A DNA stretch of 64,000 bases. Source: Eledone cirrhosa. Taxonomy: Eukaryota. The position numbers and the translations under genes were made by a program. Below, piece by piece: positions 59,038 to 64,000 of the stretch. Position 1 is the first letter of the stretch. Every line of letters begins with the position of its first letter. The notes below the pieces were generated by a model. That model saw only the letters and a program-made list of their open reading frames with translations, was not told the origin of the DNA and ran no database searches. The stretch spans positions 389,298,001 to 389,362,000 of the forward strand of contig OZ024740.1 in assembly GCA_964016885.1 (NCBI GenBank), read 5' to 3'.

Positions 59038-61155
59038 TTGACGGCGGCAGACGAAGTCTGTGGCTGGAGCAGGCCTGTAGGTAGGAGGAGAGTAACATGG
59101 TGGTGGAACAGTAAGGTGGAGGAGTCAATTAAGGCCAAAAAGCAGGCTTGGAAAGCATGGCGGGATGGGGGAAGTAGAGAAGACTATCAGGTGGCCAGGA
59201 GGGAAGCTAGGAGACAAGTGTACTTCGCAAGAAGGGAAGCAGAGGAAAGAAAGTTCAAGCATGTTCTACAACGTGAGGACCAAAAACGTGAGGTGTTCAG
59301 GATTGCCAGGCAATGTGTCAAGGAAAACCGTGATATTGTCGGGGAGAAGTGTGTGCTTAACGATGATGGCATACTTGCCATCACCGACGCTGATAAGAAG
59401 GTAGCTTGGAAGTGTCACTACGAAAGGCTTCTAAATGAGGAGAACAAATGGGAGAAAGACAGTCTCCCCCACATCGACCCAATAGAGGGACCAGCAGTGT
59501 TAGTCCAGGGTAGTACAATAAGCAAGGCAATCAAAGATATGAAGACGGGTAAGGCGGCTGGTCCTTCGGAAATAGTTGCTGAGATGCTGAAGGCATCTGG
59601 TTCGGTGGGACACACCATGGTCACCCGGATAGTTAACCAAGTCGTACAGAATGGGGTTGTTCCGAAGGACTGGCGTAGCAGCATCATCGTTAACTGCTAT
59701 AAGGGAAAAGGAGATGCCCTAGATAGGAGTAACTATAGAGGCATTAAATTAATCGACCAGGTCATGAAGGTCACGGAAAAAGTAATAGCGCAACTAATCA
59801 GAGAGAGAATTGATCTAGATGAAATGCAGTTCGGATTTGTGTCAGGCAAAAGTACCACAGACGCTCTTTTCATTGTACGACAACTACAGAAGTACCTAGC
59901 TAAAAGTAAACCCCTATACTTAGCTTTCGTCGACTTGGAGAAAGCCTTCGACAGAGTCCCACGTTCCATTATCTGGTGGTCTCTTAGAAAACTAGGTGTT
60001 GACGAATGGCTTGTGAGAGCTATACAAGCCATGTATAAAGAAACAGTCAGTAAGGTTAGAATTAACAACGAATATAGTGAAGAGTTTAGCGTAAAAGTTG
60101 GTGTCCATCAGGGCTCTGTTCTTAGCCCCCTACTATTTATTATTGCCCTTCAGGCTATAACAGAGGAATTCAAGACCGGCTGCCCATGGGAACTCCTATA
60201 CGCAGATGATCTAACGCTCATAGCTGAATCAATGACCGAACTAGAGAAGAAATTCCAAACATGGAAGCACGGCCTAGAATCAAAAGGCCTTAAAATTAAC
60301 TTGGCTAAGACTAAAGTTCTAGTTTGTAGGAAAGAAAATATGGCGGCAGTCCCATCTGGGAAATGGCCATGCTCAGTGTGTAGGAAAGGCGTAGGTAGAA
60401 ACTCCATTTTATGTCCCAAATGCAAAGTATGGGTGCATAAAAGATGTAGTGGGATCACAGGTAAGCTAACTAATAACATAGATTTTACATGTGGCCGGTG
60501 CTCTGGTGCAATAAGTAGCAGCAAGTGCCCACAAAATACTAGCTCCTTCAACTGCGCAGAGGGTTCTATAGAAATAGTGGACAGCTTCCGTTACCTGGGT
60601 GACAAAATCAGCAGTGGGGGAGGGTGCTCTGAAAGTACAGTAGCTAGAGTCAGAACTGGATGGAAAAAGTTCAGAGAGCTTATACCACTATTAGCCGCTA
60701 GAGGGTTCTCCCTAAAAATGAAAGGCAGGTTATACGATGCCTGCATACGAACAGCAATGCTGCATGGCAGTGAGACCTGGGCATTGTGTGCAGAGGATAT
60801 ACGCAGACTAGAGAGGAACGAAGCTTGCATGCTCCGCTGGATGTGCAATAGTAATATACGTGAACGGCAAAGCATAAACGAACTAAGGAAAAAATTAGAA
60901 ATAAGAGGGATCAGATGTTGTTTACTCGAGAGAAGGCTACGTTGGTACGGTCACGTGATGCGCATGAAAGACGACAGCTGTATAACAAAGTGCAGGGCAA
61001 TAAAGATAGACGGTAGCCACGGAGTAGGCAGACCCAGAAAAACATGGGACGAGCTGATAAATTCCGACCTCACACGCTTACACCTCTCCAAGACAATGTC
61101 ACTGGACCGAGACCTTTGGCGGTACTCAGTAATAGAGAAGACCCGCCTTACCTAA
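59038..61155 (+). CDS. RTE ORF (RT with internal C4HC3 PHD finger); no AP endonuclease or ATG start
   Basis: Uninterrupted frame with all RT motifs; PHD at 60370-60501. Confidence 0.85.
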   Translation: MTAADEVCGWSRPVGRRRVTWWWNSKVEESIKAKKQAWKAWRDGGSREDYQVARREARRQVYFARREAEERKFKHVLQREDQKREVFRIARQCVKENRDIVGEKCVLNDDGILAITDADKKVAWKCHYERLLNEENKWEKDSLPHIDPIEGPAVLVQGSTISKAIKDMKTGKAAGPSEIVAEMLKASGSVGHTMVTRIVNQVVQNGVVPKDWRSSIIVNCYKGKGDALDRSNYRGIKLIDQVMKVTEKVIAQLIRERIDLDEMQFGFVSGKSTTDALFIVRQLQKYLAKSKPLYLAFVDLEKAFDRVPRSIIWWSLRKLGVDEWLVRAIQAMYKETVSKVRINNEYSEEFSVKVGVHQGSVLSPLLFIIALQAITEEFKTGCPWELLYADDLTLIAESMTELEKKFQTWKHGLESKGLKINLAKTKVLVCRKENMAAVPSGKWPCSVCRKGVGRNSILCPKCKVWVHKRCSGITGKLTNNIDFTCGRCSGAISSSKCPQNTSSFNCAEGSIEIVDSFRYLGDKISSGGGCSESTVARVRTGWKKFRELIPLLAARGFSLKMKGRLYDACIRTAMLHGSETWALCAEDIRRLERNEACMLRWMCNSNIRERQSINELRKKLEIRGIRCCLLERRLRWYGHVMRMKDDSCITKCRAIKIDGSHGVGRPRKTWDELINSDLTRLHLSKTMSLDRDLWRYSVIEKTRLT

Positions 61156-61668
61156 ATACAAAGTAAAAACCTACTACAGTCAGTAGGCATCTCTATCAAA
61201 ACACCCCCCCCCCCCCCCGTCCCACCACCTCCACCCCATCCACACCGCCCCTTTCAATGTACAGTTATGTTGGTCCCACAACATCCAGGCCGAAACAAAT
61301 GAGATCGTGTAGGTGTCACGACAAAAAACACACAGTCCACGCTGTAAATGTGGCCGTGTAGGCAACACGGTAAAAACCTCCCAGCCCCACACTGTAAATG
61401 TGGTTGGTGTTAGGAAGGGCATCCAGCTGTAGAAAACCCGCCAGACAGTCGACGCTGTAATGTGGCCGTGTAGGCAACACGGTAAAAACCTCCCAGCCCC
61501 ACACTGTAAATGTGGTTGGTGTTAGGAAGGGCATCCAACTGTAGAAAACCCGCCAGACAGTCCTATGCGAGCAAGACAACCACTCTTGCCTCAAGTGGGA
61601 AAACCCCCGTCCAAACCCATGCAAGCGTGGAACACGGACGCTAAACCTGATGATGATGATGATGATGA
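59038..61668 (+). mobile_element. 5'-truncated young RTE-PHD LINE with (GAT)n tail
   Basis: 705-codon open frame then 3' UTR ending AACCCATGC..GGACG..(GAT)n. Confidence 0.96.
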
Positions 61669-61845
61669 TTTCTACTACAGGCACAAGGCCAGCAATTTGG
61701 GGAGAGGAGAAAGTCTATTAAATCAACCCAGTGCTTTACTGGTACTTTATTTTACCAACCCCATAAGGATGAAAGGCAAAGCTAACCTAGGCAGGATTTG
61801 AACTCAGGATGTAAAGGGCCGTAACTCTATGCTACCAATCCACCA
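61668..61845 (-). mobile_element. SINE copy abutting the RTE tail
   Basis: GGATGAAAGGCAAAG..GGATTTGAACTCAG. Confidence 0.85.
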
Positions 61846-62094
61846 CCCTAAAAGTGGTCAATAATGATAAAATATGCTATTATCTATAGTAATCAACTGT
61901 TATTACTGTTATTTTCTTTGTTTTGAGACCCTCAGATTTAAATTTTCAAATTCGCAACACTCCAACCATTTTGATAATTCTTTAGGTTTATAAATATCAG
62001 TACTTGTATTCTTTTAATTTTTAATTTTTTAAGAATTGGAAAGTTACATTTATGGTAATAATTTTTAAATGACCTCTTGTTGTTTGAGATACTT

Positions 62095-62303
62095 CAGACC
62101 TGCCAACCTCTAAAAACCCAAACGGGTAGTACCATGAAAAAAATGCCCCAAAACAGGGAGAAATGAGGCAAAATGGGGAGATTTTACATAATGAAAGTTA
62201 TACCCATTTTCACAAGAGAAGACATCTCTCATCCACCCCAATGTAGATGGGAAATAGCCCCCCCCCCCCCTCCCCCGTCAGATGGGGAGAGTTGACAGGT
62301 CTG
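62095..62303 (+). mobile_element. CAGACCTG MITE, TSD ATACTT/ATATTT
   Basis: TIRs CAGACCTGCCAAC / GTTGACAGGTCTG. Confidence 0.85.
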
Positions 62304-62732
62304 ATATTTGAACTCCAGTATCTAAAGAAGATCAATATATTCTCATCCATGATTTGACATATGATAATAGGTCACGGAAGCATAACAATTTCCTAAAAAT
62401 ATACATAGCCCTGATATCAGTATAGTAGTTAAATTTGTTCTTTTATCCCTAAAAATGATATTCATCAACAAAACCCATTCTATTACAGCAAAACTTATTG
62501 CAACAGTGTTTATAAATAGTGTTGTATTATTTTGTACCAAATCAAAGGTTTTTATTCAATCTAAGAATAATATAGAAAGAGTCAATAAGAGAAGAAACTA
62601 GTATGGGTCAACAATACAACAAACAAGAAGAGAACGAATGCAATGAATAAGAATAAAAAGAAATCAAAGAGAAGAAAGTGATGCTATAAAACAAATCATA
62701 TCATCACAAATAGTGCAACGACAGCCATAATA

Positions 62733-62907
62733 CAGATCTGTCAACGCTCCCCGTCGGATGGGGAGATATCTCACCCACTTTGGGGTAGGTGAGAGATGAC
62801 TTCTCTTGTGAAAATGGGTAGAGCTTTCATTATGTCAAATCTCCCCATTTTGGGGCACTTTTTTTCATGGTACTCCTCGTTTAGGTTTTTAGAGGTTGGC
62901 AGATCTG
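62733..62907 (-). mobile_element. CAGATCTG MITE, perfect TSD ATAATA
   Basis: Inverted homolog of 62095-62303. Confidence 0.85.
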
Positions 62908-63409
62908 ATAATATCCAATATGACCTTCCCATTTTTAAGTGATAGTGTGTGATTTAGGGAAAATTTACTTGCTACATCTAGCAGGTCAAGTTAGTACACA
63001 GAACCCATTAAGGTGTGGCTGGTTGGTTTCCCTAAACTGGCTATACACTCATATTTAATTGTTTATTATTTTAAGTATAAGGATATTTATAGTATTTTAA
63101 TAAAGTGGCACTGATCCTAATCTGTAATTATTAGACATTCTGTCTCTCTCTCTTTTCAGACATGTACTTTTAAAAAAATGCAATTTTTGCTGTTATTTTT
63201 ATCATAATTATAATGATTTATTATTTTTAATGTAGCTGTTATTGTGTTTTTTTTATACAGTATAGAAATAGTAATAATAAATGAATCATTAAAACAAAAT
63301 TACAAACTCAAATTTTAAAACTTATGTCTCAATCCACACAAACTCTATTTACATACATTGTCTTCCTTTTCTTAACTGTAATTTATTATCACTAATTATT
63401 ATATCTGTA

Positions 63410-63580
63410 GTGAGTCGAACGCCATGCTTTGACTCATAGAGTTACGACCCTTGCCATTCTGAGTTCAAATCCCGCCAAGGTTAACTTTGCCTTTCATCCT
63501 TACGGGGTCGATAAAATAAAGTACCAGTAATGTACTGAGTAATTGCTGGCCTTGTGCCAAAAGTAGAAACAATTAATTAT
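63410..63580 (+). mobile_element. SINE copy
   Basis: Same body and tail. Confidence 0.9.
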
Positions 63581-63617
63581 TATTATATTTTGAAAACATT
63601 TTATTATCATTATTATT

Positions 63618-64000
63618 GGGGGAGTGCTTGGAGGCGAGAATGTCTTCAAACACTCACAGCCCTCAGCCAATCTGGCACTATGATCAGTGGAAATTCCACC
63701 TTCGTGTTCTATAGAGGATTAGTGATGGGTAAAAGTGACGATGTTCTTAGGGAAACTCTGGGCATCAATAAAAATCAACCAACCATTCTCTTCTGCAGGA
63801 CTTTCGGTTCAAGGCCTGTGGATAACTTCCAGAAATCCCTGGCCTGGCAGTGCTACTGGCAAACGTTGCCAATCCAAGATAAACTCTACAGGCATGGAAG
63901 TGCCATCAGCCGGACATGTCGAGGATGCACGCTGGGCGATGAAACCGTCATTGCATGCACTTGTCCAGTGTCCGAGTATCGCTGGCTTACAGGTTTATCT
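63618..64000 (+). mobile_element. 5'-truncated L1/Tx1-clade LINE (zf-RVT region), runs off window
   Basis: SLAWQCYWQTLPIQDKLYRHG..TCRGC..DETV then +1 frameshift LHALVQCP, a zf-RVT pattern. Confidence 0.75.

Overview
Eukaryotic, AT-rich, repeat-saturated animal DNA with no convincing host gene. The SINE and RTE repertoire suggests an octopod cephalopod (inference). The first ~13.5 kb is dominated by very large variant (TA)n arrays; all 'YIYI' ORFs are artefacts of these. Embedded in or beside (TA)n tracts are many Penelope-like element (PLE) remnants. Two are 5'-truncated Neptune-type GIY-YIG copies, one of them bracketed by ~1-kb inverted repeats. About ten hammerhead ribozyme motifs (canonical, core-variant or decayed) mark PLE 3' ends. 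Also present: three RTE LINE copies with a C4HC3 PHD finger inside the RT, a young Ty3/Gypsy element (5-bp TSD, YIDN RT motif, non-identical LTR ends, no TGG PBS), a decayed second LTR element, CR1-, L1/Tx1-, mariner-, hAT- and Helitron-derived fragments, a 6-bp-TSD MITE family and ~15 copies of a tRNA-derived SINE. All calls come from reading the sequence by eye; family names rest on recalled motifs, not database searches, and many boundaries are approximate.
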